A stretch of DNA of 64,000 nucleotides from Marsupella aquatica (Eukaryota; Plantae; Marchantiophyta). Location: positions 9,846,184 through 9,910,183 of the forward strand of contig OZ316895.1 of assembly GCA_973895155.1 (NCBI GenBank). Direction: 5' to 3'. Position 1 is the stretch's first letter; each line of letters opens with the position of its first letter. Positions 38,121 to 52,130 of the stretch are shown piece by piece. A program made the position numbers and the translations under genes. The notes beneath the pieces are model-generated. The model ran no database searches and was not told the origin of the DNA. It was given only the letters and a program-made list of their open reading frames with translations.

Positions 38121-40323
38121 TTGCACAATCCATAGAGATGCAAGTCAAACCCCTACGCCGCAACTTTGTATTCTTCAATAATTCCTTCATTTACATCTTA
38201 CTCTAAGAAATTTTGCAAAAAACAATGAGGTCAATACTGATCCCTTGGGGTTTGCTTGGGGGTACTAGCTGTTTAACTATTTTTCAATTTTCACTTGGGA
38301 AGGGGGGCACACTGCAAAGAAAGGGTTGAATCCCTTCATTGATCAACATCAAACTCTAATGTGTTTTGCAAAATAACAATATGTTTTAAACATCATTTCT
38401 TTTGCATAGAGAATAAAAACTTGCTCAGATGATGGAATGCATCCAATTCCTTAAGTGTGCATTTTGAACCAGGATGACATGGATTTAGTGTTCTTTTCAT
38501 CTTTATGCAAATAATATTTGGGGATCCCATCCAAGCTTGTAGGTTTGGATGGAATCCCATCTGAGCTTTTGGCTCCACATAGACGATTGTGTTTGACAAA
38601 GAACTTGGAGGACCACTTCAACCCATGAAAGTTACATTCTACAACCTACAGATCTTCACATTTTTGTGTCGCAAAAGTTGCTTGGTCCATCCAGGCCTTT
38701 CGATCAAACTACCATATCGTAGCATTGGTGAGTGAGTGTGTTCAGTTCAATCATTGGCATAGACCTCTTAGAAGGAAGACTAAACTCCATAGGTTGTCAT
38801 GTTTGACAAGGAACCTGGATGGAGGCCTGCTGGTCAAACTAGCATAGGACTGAGTGTGCTATATTCAATCATTGGTATGGTCCCGTTACAGACTTTGCAA
38901 ACAATGCTTCAAACACTGATATATACAGGAAGAAACCTGGAAAAAGAAGCTCGGAAAGGATACAATGAATGTTTGACAAGGAACCTGGAAACCTTTAATT
39001 TGGTCAAACTAGCATGCCACAGATGACTGAGAGTGTGTTCAATTCAATTATGGACACCGTCCTCTTTGCAAACAATGTTGTCATCAGTGGACCACTGCAA
39101 CCCTTGGACATCTTCAAACATTACACTTTACTCACATATGGCTTTCTTTTGTTGTCAACCGAATGCTGACATGTTTGGGTCATTTTGTGGTGTCAAAACC
39201 TGTTTGGTCCATCGAGGTCTTTGTGTCAAACTGACATTTACTATATTGGCACTAGTCTTTGTTGAAAGACATACTTTGGTACTAGGTTTTCACCGTTGGT
39301 TCTTTGTTGAAATACATACTTTGGTACTCACTTTTCACTGTCCTTTAAGCAAAGTAAGTCTAGTCAACAGCAAGATTTCATAGAGTGTTTGGAACGTATG
39401 AATATTTAAATGTTCAGATCAGTAGATGGCAAGATGGAGGTGCCCCTTGCTCCAAAAAAAGTGTCCTGAAAGAACCCTCTGCAAGCTCCCCAGGTAGATA
39501 GTTAGACTAGGTGAGAGGAGCTGTTGACTCAGGAGGGCATACCCGGTGTCCCTGCCAGTTTTCCAAGCTAGCTTCCCAGGCTTTATTTGGATGCAATTTT
39601 GGACAAGCTGCCATTTCTCTGCTAGTGGTTCTACCTCAGGTCTGACATGTCACAGATGGTCTGGGGGTTCTTGTTCTTGTTTCTTGAGCACCCTGAACCC
39701 TAATTATTTTCCCCTTGGAGTTTTTACTCTGAAAAATACTCCTTTCACGCAAAAGCAAAAATGAAATCTGGTGGCCAGCACTGTAGGTACTTCATGAGGC
39801 AAGCCCAGGAACTGTGACCCGTGCCTAGAACTATGGGACGCCTTGGTCAGTATTGTGCACATTATATTTGCTCATTTGTGCACTTTTTTGTCTTGGCCTG
39901 GTGACAAGCCAACAAATTTTCTTTCCGTTCTCCAAAAATCTCCCATGAGTGTGGACCATTGGGCATCCAATGACCGTCAAGCCTTGTCTGGTTGGTGTCC
40001 ATGATGTGAGGAGAAGTGACAACCCAAATTGGTTTTATCCATAACAACATTTACAAAATATGAAACAATGGTTAGGAATTTATGATTCCATCTTACTCGT
40101 GTGCTATATATCCCTCTAAATTGCACTTGCTTTCAGCAACTCTTGCAAGTAGTACTCTCTAACCTACTACTCTAGGAGCATTGGCATTGAGTGTTCTTGA
40201 TTTGTAAGGGAAAGCAAGCAGTGCAACAGGCTTTGCAGACAGGGAAAGCCCCAATTATAATTTTTGACATGTTTTTGTTTTCATTGGGTGTTGATGAGAT
40301 TGACTATTATCCAAACGGCTGTA

Positions 40324-40910
40324 TATAGCATGCTCATCCCGGAACATTCTTCATTTTTTGTTTTTAGTGATATACAGGTATGATAATTAAAATCTAAACA
40401 GGACATTGACTAGGAAGACTACAGTCTATGATATTGAAACTTGTGCACATAAGGTACAAAAATAAAAATACACATGTAAAGAAAATAAAAATGAACAGTA
40501 AAGTTTAAGTTTATGGTATTGGGATGTGCACATTATGTACATGAGTAGAGATATTTATGTACTTACTTTAGGTAATGACACTCAAAATATTAAAACCATA
40601 AATTTAGGACAAAAAACCATGAGTAGTACTTAAAAACATAAGGTGTGCACATTATTTAGATCATTTTTCCTGTACTCCTGAGAATCAGGGCTAGAAATTC
40701 AACGAGTAGAAATTCAACGAGCCCTGTTACAGGGTGGATGATCTTAAAATATAGCAAAGATTTTTAAAAATTAGAGGGGTGCCAGAATAAATTGGAAATC
40801 TAAACTATACAAGGGATGCACCTTGGTAAGACCCATTGAAATAAAAATGCATAAAAAGAAGTTTGAATAAGACAAAATACTGAAAGTTGCATTCACCATA
40901 ACTTGGATCA
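40324..40910 (-). mobile_element. Second copy of the direct-repeat-flanked AT-rich element
   Basis: Ends match 14884-15665 (…GATGAGCATGCTATA; ATGGTGAAT.CAACT…). Flanked by TGACT(A/G)TTATCCAAAC(G/C)GCTGTA at ~40301 and ~40914. Confidence 0.7.
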
Positions 40911-41712
40911 GCTTGACTGTTATCCAAACCGCTGTACTATATGGCCATCTAATTAGTTTGCTCTTGGGCTCACCAATATTGTGAACAGTCCACTATAAGT
41001 TACTACTCTCCAGCCATTGGCTCCGACTGTCTATCCAAATCTTTTTTTAGTATAATTAAACAGTACACTCTAAGCTACCATAGTGTCATCCATCCCCTTT
41101 CGCCCCAAAATTTGATAATGATTAAAAAAATTAACAAGATTGAAAAAATATTTAGATTGCTTGTGAAAATTGGAAATTTTTGGGATGCAAGTACATTTTA
41201 AGCATTTTGATGTAAACAGGGACTTTTCAGTGTATACATTCTTTTTAAAACTATAAAAATTGAATGAGGATTGCAAGGGAAAAACTAAAAGAGGAGAATA
41301 ATATTTTGGCATTGACTGGTCCGGTTTTTCATAATTATACTAATGTGTCTCTCATCTTACTCCATTCAAAGTATCAAGTCAGTTCAGATGCACTTGCTGT
41401 CTATATTAGATTAAGTCATTATTGTTTATTATTATGCAATATTTCAATTAAAACCATCATTCCTTCAAGATGATAGACACTTGAGATGTCGTAGTTTATG
41501 CATTCTCTAGATATGGAATCTTTGATCCATCGTTTAGGATGATGGACTGTAGAGATATAATTTGACTTTTCATAATATGGATTGGATAGGCATTTAACTT
41601 TTCCTCAGATCTGGTGATGAGTTCACATGTAATGGGGAAGCTTCATGCAGTGAGATACCCGAGGTGATGAGCATCTGAGTAGACATAGTTGTAGGTTACA
41701 TATGAAGTACAA

Positions 41713-42648
41713 TAGGGCATGTCAAAGCAGGCCTGTAACTCACTTACAGATCAGGACATAAACTGTTTTTATGGCCAAAAACAAAATCACTATGGAGACC
41801 AAAATACATACTCCGTAAGCATTTTACGGCCAAACATCCACAGCTATAAGACTCTGCTTACGGGAGAACTTTGACATGCCCTAATAGACCTAATAGGGCA
41901 TGTCAAAGCCTGGCCATAAGCAAAGTCTTATGGCCACATTAATTTAGCCGTAAAATTACCTCAGGTCACTTTTACGGGCAGAGGTGGGTTGATTTGATTG
42001 CTCCTATAAAAAGGAGCTACGGGGTAGGATTTGACTTCATGGCTGAGCACAAAGCATGAGACCGTCTGCTCCAAGGGTGCAATTACTTCGGACTGAGGTC
42101 TAATTCTTGGCCAGGGGACGGAGTCCATTCATATCCTGATGATATGTTTCAGCAGCTGGTCAGGCACTTGGCTGATGTTTGGGACTGTTGACCGGATCAT
42201 TTCTAGATATTCCCATGAATTTTGAGAAAACATCGAGAGCAGAACAATCATTGAGAGACAGAAAAACTTTCCATAATGGTAAGAATTCAGGTATCCACAC
42301 AAAAGACTCAATAAGAGACGAAGAACTCATTGTTGCATCGTCCACATCCTCACAGAGCCCCACACCTTTCCCTGCCTTGCTTGCATGCATTTTGCTCTGC
42401 TACCATTATTATGAAAGAGCTTACATGAACAGATTGTTTCGACGTTTTCTCCCAGTTGTTGACAAGTATAAAAAAACAAACGTAGCTGACTGACTGACCC
42501 TAATCTTATGGACAAGTGCTTCCTGGACGTCCAAGTCTAACGGGGCACCTCTGTAGGTATCCCATAAGGAGTTACGTCTTGCCTGGGCATAAAACAGTTT
42601 TATGTCCTAGGTCATAACTCAGTTTTGGGGGTGCATTGACACGCCCTA
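41713..42648. mobile_element. Two adjacent MITE-like elements (41713-41883, 41894-42648), TIR TAGGGCATGTCAA(AG)
   Basis: TAGGGCATGTCAAAG...CTTTGACATGCCCTA and TAGGGCATGTCAAAG...TTGACACGCCCTA. The same termini occur at 57985-58150 and 58313-58477. Confidence 0.75.
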
Positions 42649-45567
42649 ATAAGGAACTTTGATGCCTAGAGAGGCATCGCTGTGTGGTAGCTCACTTGAG
42701 TTGAGACTCGTAGGTCTTGAGTTCAAATGTTGGGACTGGCTGTTCCCTTTTCGTGGGGTTTCACAGATTTCCCACATTTTTTTTTATAAAATTAAATAAA
42801 ATTAAATAAAATTAAGAACTTTGATGGATCAAGTTTTATGCTACTGGTGTAAGCAGACCATAGTAATCAAGTTAATCTGAAAATATATACAAAGGATATG
42901 CATATCTTTTATACCGGGTCCTTGTGAGAGCCACCCTTTGTGGCCCTTCAAGGTCTCATGGCTTGATGAGGTGTTAGTGGGTGGCTTCTCTAGTGTCAGG
43001 CTTTGCCGTCCCTCACAAGCACATTGCGCTTTGTGTTGTGTGTGCTTGGCCAGCTTTCTATCCCATTGATTGGTATTGACAAGGCCACTTCTTTCCCAAT
43101 TTAAAACTCAAATATGCATTGGATTAAATTGATTTCTTTGTACAACACCATCATGAGGAACATGTATAATGGATATATCTGCAGTTCATGGTCATCAATC
43201 ATCATCCCACCAATGTTGCTTTGTGGTATGACGGACAAGATCACCATCAACAATGGGAGTCACAACAAGGGTGCAGTATTTCAGGTAAACTAAGGGAAAG
43301 TCCAATTCAGTGGGGCATAGAATGATCAGCCTCGCTTCCCAAACTGAGGGAAGGTTACCAGCTGCCAAGAGACCCCTTGCCCAACCATGAAAGCAACCAA
43401 AAAACATTCTGAATACTAGGCTGATGGATCTGGGAGGATGGGTGCCTAACTAGGGTAGGATTGACCAAGGTCAAATGGAATGATGAGAGGAAGGACTTGT
43501 TTAAGTGTAAAGGAGGGAGGGGAGGATGTCACCAAGACCCATGGTCAATAGGTAAATTGCGTCATATTTGAAGTACCAAGAAACATGTTGTGTTTGGACT
43601 AGGAACATCTGGATGATGAATGATTTTCTTGGAGCATTGCATCAGGTTTTGGAATGATCTGTTTGTAGATGGATAACAAGATTTTTTTTAATCATGTTTA
43701 GGGTACCAACTGAAAGATGAGGTGTGTATGGAGCATTGAGTTGATTAGTTAACCATGAACGAGAGTGACATCCTTCCCAACTTTGGTGTGCTTGAACATA
43801 GATGGAATATTAGGTTTCCCAGACACCATTGGGGTCACCATTAGGGACACTCACCTCCAAGTTAGACGGCTAAACCATGAAAAACTTAACAAGGAAAGGT
43901 GGGTATGAGATACATGATTGATCTGGTTTAATTTCAGGAGACCAAGTAAGTGTACGCCAATCCTATGTACTATACCATGCCAATCCTATGTACTATACCA
44001 TGCGTTAATATCAGTAGTTGACCACAGGTTTTTAAAGCAAATTAACTACTGCAACACCATCAAACTTCATCCCATAATGGTTTTTACATGAAAATCGAGA
44101 TGAAAATCTTGAAGAGAAACCGGATACTGGCCACATTTCCAGGAGAAAAGAAGTTGTTTATTTATTTTGTGAGTACTCTAGTCAGGATGACAGAGTTTGC
44201 AGGTTTAATCACGCTCGGCTGCTCCTTTGGCTACATATATAACACTGCCAATTTAAAGACAGGACCGCCAAACTGGGAGACATGATCCTAAAGGCAAAAA
44301 GACCCAATAAAGAGAGAAAAAGGGTAGAAAATCCGTTGGACAGCGAACGGAATGGGCCAATTGACATAAAGGAACGTGGTCAAAAACTCCACAGACTGAG
44401 GGTTGCCGACAATGTCCATCAAATGGAACGCTGATAGCCACTGAATGCCAGATACATAACCTAGGTTACTTTTCTTAACTCACAAATAAAAAGAATGGCA
44501 ATCTGATAAGTAGAAAAACACTTGTGGCAATGTGAGTATTAACAAAAGATGTCAATGTAGTAAATCCCAGTATTATATTTTGCTCAAACCAAGTTGATAC
44601 TATGGTGCATAGTATTGTATATCTAACACTATAATAGGCAATCCCGCCCATTTGGCCACTTTCATCCGTCGTCCCGTTACGAATTTGAATATCAGCGGGA
44701 ATGAAACTGAACCGTCAGATTAAAGCATCTCTTTTTTCGTATCCATCCAATCGTGAAACGAGACATGCATCAGATTTTGCTCCCTTCCGTGCACCCCCGT
44801 GGACTCATTATGCCCCTCCACCCCCACCCGCAGCAAGGACCTCCACATAGGGCTTCGCGACTCACGTTTACATTCCATGCACTTTCTCCCTATGGGACCG
44901 GCCCTCATTGCACAGTGCAACGCACTGGCATAGGGCTCGTGTAGAATAAATATGTACAAAATGAGAGTTGGACACTAAATTTGTAGGAATAGAAAACTTT
45001 CTTTCTGTAAGCAATGTAAAGGTGGTTTCTGTGTCTGGGCACATATTAGACTCCCTCGAGGTCTTGTGATAAAAAGTTGTTGTAGATACTTATAAGTTTT
45101 TGAGAAGGGGGAGAATGGCATGAAAACAAATTTCAAGTCAGGCTTGACAGGGAATAAAAGTTGAAGGGGCTTTACTCACAATAAGTAATGTTTTCCATAG
45201 GGGTAATAATTAACTTCATTCAATGATTGAAGAAAATTAAGTGTATATTATACATGTACAAGCTCAATGCCCATGCACTGCTTGATTAGCAAGGTGGAGG
45301 CATGGAGGGCAGGTGAGGTGAGACAAACTAAGGGCATGCTGTTAGGTATTTATTCTGGGTCTAGAGTTACTATATATGTAACCATAGTTTATCTAACCAT
45401 GGTCAGGTACTTGATTAGAGCTAGATGTGTCACTTCTATATTCATTAGCTGGACTTAGCTAATGAGGGAAACTTAATCTGAAAGAGTCTCTCACTTTATT
45501 ACAAAGTTAATAAAAAATTAAATACAAAACAGTTAAGGTGGCCATTAAAACTCAAGAAAAATATAAA

Positions 45568-46168
45568 AGCATTTTACTAACCTATCCCCCAAACTGAGTG
45601 TAGTTATTAACCTATCCCACAAACTATTTTAATTATTAAGCTGACCCACTTTTCAAATGTGAGTTACTCTAACTCCTGTATTTAACCCATGGTCTTTCCA
45701 CATTGGTCGTCTGCCCTGTGGCAAGGTGCTATTGGCCACGCCACACCCTGCCCAGTTCTACCCTAACCCGGACTGACTCACTCCGTTATGACAATTTAGG
45801 GAGTACTGGGCCGGCAAAGGGAAGGAAGGGGTGGCCCTATTGTCAGGCCTGCCTTTGCGGGTAAGTCAGGGCGGGGAGGAAGCCGGGGTCGGGGCTGCCT
45901 TAGTGCAACACGAGGGAGCCAGCCCACACTGCTACTCCCTAAATCATAAATAAAAATGGGATTGAGTCAGGATAGAACCAGCCAGGGTTCTGTGTGTCTA
46001 ATAGCACCTTGACACGTGGCAGGCGGCCAATGCGGAATGAACTGGGGTTGGGTAGAGGAGTTAGAGTGACCAGTTTTCGAAAAGGGGGTCAACTTAGGCA
46101 TTAAAATAGTTTGGGGGACAGGTTGATAATTGCGGTCAGTTTGGGGGATAGGTTAGTAACAATCTGAA
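45568..46168. mobile_element. Non-autonomous foldback/MULE-like element with ~230-bp terminal inverted repeats
   Basis: TTACTAACCTATCCCCCAAACTGA...CAAGGTGCTATT on the left is mirrored by AATAGCACCTTG...TCAGTTTGGGGGATAGGTTAGTAA on the right; AT-rich flanks. Confidence 0.85.
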
Positions 46169-46619
46169 AAAAATAATTCTAAACTTAAGGGGGTTACTCA
46201 TAAGTAATAGTGTGTAAAACATGCACGAGAGAATCCTCATATACAGAAAAAGAAACACCAATTTACCACCAACAAAAACCTACATTCTCTGCAAGTCAGA
46301 TGGATTGTCCACATAGCAGTGTCTCACACGAGGTTTAACATAGTCACGAGGTTTAACATAGTCATAGCAGGTTCAATCACTTTGTACAAACAGTGAAGAG
46401 CTAGGTAAGCCATATAGCAGGTTCAGCAATTATAGCCTTTTACAAACAATGTATCTTCAATTTGAGCAGATTTATTGTACGAGCAATAAGATTTTGATGA
46501 TTTGTATAATGTATTGGGGAGAGGGGGAAGGAACCTATATTTTGGTCTTTTGAACTGAAATGAAGACGACCAGTTAGTAGACTCTTGCCACCCCAATAGT
46601 GACATACATTCATTGCAGG

Positions 46620-46920
46620 GAACCCATTTCAAGGTGAGCCCTAACGCATCCCAAAAGGACCCACGCCAGGAGGGAGAGAGTATCAAATCAGGGTCACAAA
46701 GTGGGCAACCAGGGGCCCAGTAGATAAGCAGAACTCCGACCACTACCCACAAAACCCGCACAAGGAGGAAGAGAGTAATAAATCAGGGTCACAAAGTGGG
46801 CAACCAGGGGCCGAGTAGATAATCAGAACTCCGCCCACTACCCACAAAACCCATCCCCACCACACACAAAGGGGGGTGCTAAGGGGGATTGAACCTGGGA
46901 CCTCTTTGTTCCGGCTAAGG
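46620..46920 (-). mobile_element. tRNA-derived SINE-like element with ~100-bp internal duplication
   Basis: The - strand reads TTAGCCGGAACAAAGAGGTCCCAGGTTCAATCCCC (B-box-like). AAATCAGGGTCACAAAGTGGGCAACCAGGGGCC occurs twice. Related to 50-540. Confidence 0.55.
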
Positions 46921-47029
46921 AAGGAGGATGGAATTTTGTATAGTTCGAGGCTGCTATATGTAGGATGCGAGTTCACGTTTCAGCTTCTCTCACTAAAGCA
47001 AATCAATCGTCACCATCTTCCACATCCTT

Positions 47030-47515
47030 CGGAGTTCGGATCCTCCGCCATTTTGCTGCTCTGCTAGCTCTGGAAAGCTGATCCTCCACTTCCTTGAGAG
47101 TTCGGATCCTCCGCCCTTTTGCTGCTCTGCTAGCTGTGGGAGCTGATGGATGTTGTTGGGTCGAGGTGTGGAAACTGATGCATGTTGTTGGGTCGAGGTG
47201 TGGAAAAGTGATGCATGTTGTTGGGTCGTCTGCTGGTAATGCTGGGCTTCCTGTGAGCTGGGGAGAAGTAGATTTGCTGTGATGCTTCTTTGGGCTGGTA
47301 CTCCTCTACTACTGATGAGAGAAGGCAGTAGTCCAGTGGCTGGCAGGCAGGAAGGCAGGCAGGAAGGCAGGCAAAAAGCAAGCATCGAGAGATTGCGAGG
47401 AGCAGGTTTCAACGAGCTTTTCTGGGGTCAAACCTCGTGAATCCTGTGGCATAGGAAGTTTCAACGAGCGTTTTCTGGGGTCAAAGGTTGTGAATCCTTT
47501 GGCATAGGAAGGGGG
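47030..47515. repeat. Cluster of short tandem duplications upstream of the RVE gene
   Basis: GAGTTCGGATCCTCCGCC..TTTGCTGCTCTGCTAGCT x2; TGATG(C/G)ATGTTGTTGGGTCG x3; CAACGAGC..TTTCTGGGGTCAAA..GGCATAGGAAG x2. Confidence 0.85.
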
Positions 47516-48223
47516 ACGGAGAGACTGAGGGAGAAAGAGGGGGCGTGGGTCTTACTCTTGTGGTATGAATTGAGTTGAGCCTGTCGGTTGGATTGGATTG
47601 TCACTAGCGTCTCTCTTTTTTGTCGTCTCCCCGATATATTCTCTGCTTGTGTGCTCCACAAGTTTTTCCTCACAGCTAGAGCATCCACCGAGAGGTCCGT
47701 CCGTTTGTTAGTTAGTCCTGTCTGTAACCATCTGCACATCGTCGTCCAGCATGGCTTGGGCTCTTTCGCAGCTTAGCAAGATGGGCTTTGGTGACATTAT
47801 TGGTCGTCTGGAACCAATGGTTCCCCCACATTTGACCTCGGTAGACGACGAAGCTAGCTACCATCGCATTGATGTGTTGGTGGTGCTTTGCCGTGCTTGC
47901 TTTTTCCCCAGCTCTCTTTCTCTCTCCCCCCCTTAGTTTTTCACTGTGGAAAGTTGGACAATTTGTCGCGATCTTTAATTCATCATGAGACATATGATGC
48001 AACTCTAGTGCCAGAATTGAGGTCGAGACTGTACTTCAGAATACCTCGTTCGGAAAAGATTTTCATTGAGACGAGAGTTTGGAGCTTCCAGCGAGGTGCT
48101 GAAGTCGTGGACAAGGCAGCTGGAGATATCCTTGGTCACCTGCAGTGTTGTTGGTGCGGATCGTCAGCAGGGCTGGGGTCTGGGAGTTAGCATCTACGAC
48201 ACTCTCGAATCCAATTTGGGTGA

Positions 48224-50488
48224 ATGCAAGCATCCACAGGTCTTGGGCTGCAGGAGCTGGAGGATCCTTGGGCGGTCGGATTAGAGAGAGGGGCCGATGC
48301 ACAGGGCTTTTGGAGTATTGGAGGCGAGGTTGAGACGGTGGGAACGATGGGAACCCACTCTGCTGCCACACTGTCGGGCAGCATTTGCAGTATAGGCAGC
48401 GTGGGCGGTATGATGCAATCCGATGATGGCTCCAAAAAAATCCGAAAGGCTTACACAATTACCAAGGCCAGAGAGAGCTGGGCCGAGGAGGAGCATGACA
48501 AGTTTCTGGAAGCTCTTCAGCTGTGAGTCTTTCTTTTCATGTTACCACCTGATTAGCCTTTGTCCGGAGACTTTCATGGTGTGAAGGCTAGCTTTGTTTT
48601 AGTTAGCTGGAAGCTCCTTTCGTTGTAGATTTCACAGCAGCAAGCGAGTGCTTTACCAAATTTCGTCGATCCTTGGGATTATTGTTAGTTTCGGTACTGT
48701 TGGGTCTTGTAGCGTTGAGAAATGGTCGGTTCTTTTCTTCGTCTGGATCCCAGTAGAGCAGCACAGGCATCCATACACATGAATCATCCCAGCCTGATGC
48801 GCGTCTGGCTTGGGGGACATTGCCTCCCTGGCTCCTATGACCTCAAAGTGTTGTAGGCATGGGAGAAGGAGCTTTCTTGTGTTGGTTGTGTCAAAGCCGT
48901 CAACTGCGATACCGAGCACAAGGAGTGCAAGGTTTGAAGCACATTCCTAGCGAGTCTCTCTTGTCTGAAAATTGAAGTCCTCTGGGAACCTTACAGGTTT
49001 GATCGTGATTGGAAAAAAATCGAAGCTTTTGTGGGCACCAAAACGGTCATTCAAATTCGCAGCCATGCTCAAAAGTACTTTCTCAAAGTTCAAAAGAACG
49101 GCACTGGTGAGCATGTGCCGCCACCAAGGCATAAGCGCAAATCTGGTCAACCGTATCCTCAAAAGGCACCGAAGCCAAGTGAGTAACTCCAACGACCTTG
49201 AGGAATTGTCTTAGTCCGTTGCAGGGACTTGTCGTCCACTAGGACTCTGCTCAAATTGCTGTTGTCGTGAATTTGTGAAGCCCTAGATTCAGGCCAGTGG
49301 GATTGCATTTAATCAGATGCTTATTTTGTCACGACTCTGCACATTCAGTCTCGCAGGCAGGTGTGATGGGACGCGTCCTGACCGCGCGGCCAACTCAATC
49401 AGAACCTTGTTTTCCAAGACCGGGAAATTCCCAAAGTAGCAGCATCGGAAGGAACTCTGGTGGAAGCTGGCAGATTCATTCTATGGCGCCGGTTGGACAA
49501 GCTACAACTGATCTCCGTGGCGGTGCTCCTTCAGCAATCAAACGTAAATCCTATCTCATTATCTTGCTAGCAAGTCATTTTGGGAAAGTTGACATGCATC
49601 TTAAAGCATCCGCATGGAAAACTTTCATGTACTTCCTAACAACGGCTTGTCTGTTGTTGCAGCTTCTCCAGACTTTGCTGCAGTTTACACGTTTATAGGG
49701 AATGCCTTTGACGCTCCGGGGTCAGAAGGTCATCTATCCAAGCTGAAAGCAATGGCCCCTATCGATCGTGAAACTGTGTTGTTGCTCATGAGAAACCTCT
49801 CTATAAACCTTGCCAATCCAGGTTTTGACGAACAGGAACTAGGACGAACTGGTTTTGAGACTCCTGTTCTCATGTCTATTTCTTCCGCTACCCAAGGTGG
49901 CTGGGTAAGATTTCTGAAAAGCTACTGCTGAAGTGATGTGGAACTGTTCCCTCTTATGCCTGATTATTGTCGTGACGTTGGATAGTACCTGGCGCGGGCT
50001 ATCAGAATCTGTCGTGCCTTTGCCCTTTTTCTGTGAAGAGTGCATTGACTTGCCCCTGGACTAAAATTTGGGAGAAAGTACTGAGATTGTTTTTGTGGGT
50101 TATGTGCGTTTTCCAGGTCAGGGAAGATGATGACACTGCTGTTTCTGGTCACCCTTCTTCAACACAGTTGTCAGGAAGCCCCGATTCTAACTCACACTTG
50201 GATCCGAGTCAAGACACGCGGGTAATATCTTCCTACTCAGAGGGGGCCATCGAGAGCCCACAAAAGTCGCAGCAGAATTACCATGGTGGCGTGGAGTCCG
50301 TATTGTCCATGAACTCATATATAAAACCAATATCTTCCAGACCTGCAGTGGATATGTCATTAATGGGAGTGCATGATACAATGGGTCCACATGCACACCC
50401 ACACATGTCAGCATCCAGTGGTTTTGCAATGCCTGTGCCTGCTTTGACTGCAGGAGTCGAAAGCAATCTGGAAAACTGGTGGAGTTAG
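48224..50488 (+). CDS. RVE: REVEILLE-like (RVE4/6/8, LCL clade) single-MYB clock transcription factor, 5 exons
   Basis: [30 protein letters not shown] | [48 protein letters not shown] (48997-49178); LCL domain [12 protein letters not shown]...[18 protein letters not shown] (49663-49904); last exon from ~50118 to the stop at 50488. Start could be 48224, 48347 or ~48410. Confidence 0.93.
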
Positions 50489-51419
50489 AATCTACGACTC
50501 GAAAAGAATCTATTTTCTTCATCCTTACATGTACAAATACTACTCTATATCACCCCCTAGACGCATTTGCCAGGATGTACATCCTGTCTGTAACATAAAT
50601 CTTACCGCATATGGGAAGGCCATGACATGTTCGTGCCCAAGCGTCATCGTTGTATTGCTAGATTCATTTAGTTACATTTTTCCATCCTCACATGGCCTTC
50701 TTCTTAGTCTAGGGTGCTAGATCGTCTGCCCTTCCATATGTGGCCAGCCGTTTGAGAGTGTGTGATAGCCCTGCGGTGTTCTTACAAGAAAATATAATCG
50801 ATCTGAGAAAATCTTGGAATTTATAATAACAGGTTGTACATTACATAAATAATCAAGGTGTCAATGCATTTGCATTTTACATGCAATATTTGATGTGATT
50901 AGTCTCACAGTCGTTCCACTGTTTAAAATTTGCTGTCCTGGTCTCGAATATGGTCTCGAATATGTGTACCTTCTGTTACATCCATTCGACTCTTTCTTTT
51001 GAATGTGTATGGCCCAGTTTCCCTCTAGTATGCACTTACAGGTGACCAGGACTTGATGATGTCTGTGTATCAATCTGTCTTTGTTTGAAGTCGTTCCCTT
51101 CCAACTACCTTCAATCTGGACACGGATTTTTAAAACCCTTGAACTGTTGAGTCTGGTTGAAAAGCTCTGAACTTGTCATGAAGACTGGAATTGTTTCATG
51201 AACCAAATAGTCACATATCTCGAGGAAACAGATGTATGGCGTGATTGTAGGTATGTAATATTCTTCAGGAAAAACAGTCAAATTTCAACTCTGCAATGGG
51301 ACGAAACGCCGTAGTCTCGTTAATTTAGGGAAATTTAGGGATAAGTTTTGTTAGCGGCTCTGGATGTTTTGTAGGACGCTACTGAGATACTTCCTCTTTC
51401 AGAATGGGAATTGGATCGC

Positions 51420-52130
51420 TACTGATAAGAGTAAGAGAGAGATTCCCGACGAGGGTGATGATGCAGAATTTCATAAAGTTTTGCGTGGGATGTCTCAAAA
51501 TTTTCTGGTATGTAGCGAAATTGAAGACGAGCGGCCTCTCTTAGCATGTACCTTATCTCCGTGCGCCAGGTACTAGCCACAAGTTCTTGGAGTGGGAATA
51601 CCAAAATCTGGGAGAGACATGCAGCGAAAAGGACAGCAGTACTCAAAGGGCATACTCAGAGAGTCCCAGGTGCGGCTTTACATCCAGAGGCTTGCAGCAA
51701 ATCTTGCCACTGGCTCGCGGATCGAACAAAGATTGGACGGAGAGGGAGCAACACTGAGGACTTTTGAAGGGCACACAGATGTCTGGCGAGGGTTGCTTTT
51801 CATCCTTCTGGTGCCTACCTGTGAACTGCTAGCTTCGATAAACCTTAGAGAATATGGGATGGGGTTAACACCGAGATAGATCTTCTTCTGCACGAGGGCT
51901 ACAATTTGGGTTGTATATGGACCGCTTTCCTGTGGACTAGATGCTTTGTCCCGTGTCTGGGTTGCGAACAGGCAAAAGTGTAATAGCGTTGGAAAGAAGG
52001 CCGTGCAAAACCAGTCTTGGGTATTGACTTCTCCTAATAGGTACCAATTGACAACCGGTAGTGAAGAGCGCACCTGCAGGATTTGGGACTTGCGGAAGAA
52101 GTGTCTTCAAATAATTCCTAAACAATCATC
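51420..52130 (+). pseudogene. PRP4: Processed pseudogene of U4/U6 snRNP WD40 protein PRP4
   Basis: Frameshifted pieces CSEIEDERPLLACTLSP, LATSSWSGNTKIW, LRTFEGHTD/LARVAFHPSG, SCGLDALSRVW and SPNRYQLTTGSEERTCRIWDLRKK are colinear with PRP4. No introns; internal deletions and stops. Confidence 0.85.

Noticed and set aside
42680-42740. tRNA gene (A/B-box-like GGTAGCTCA...GAGTTCAAAT; similar at ~25650-25720)
   Set aside because: No cloverleaf or acceptor stem; at most decayed SINE heads.
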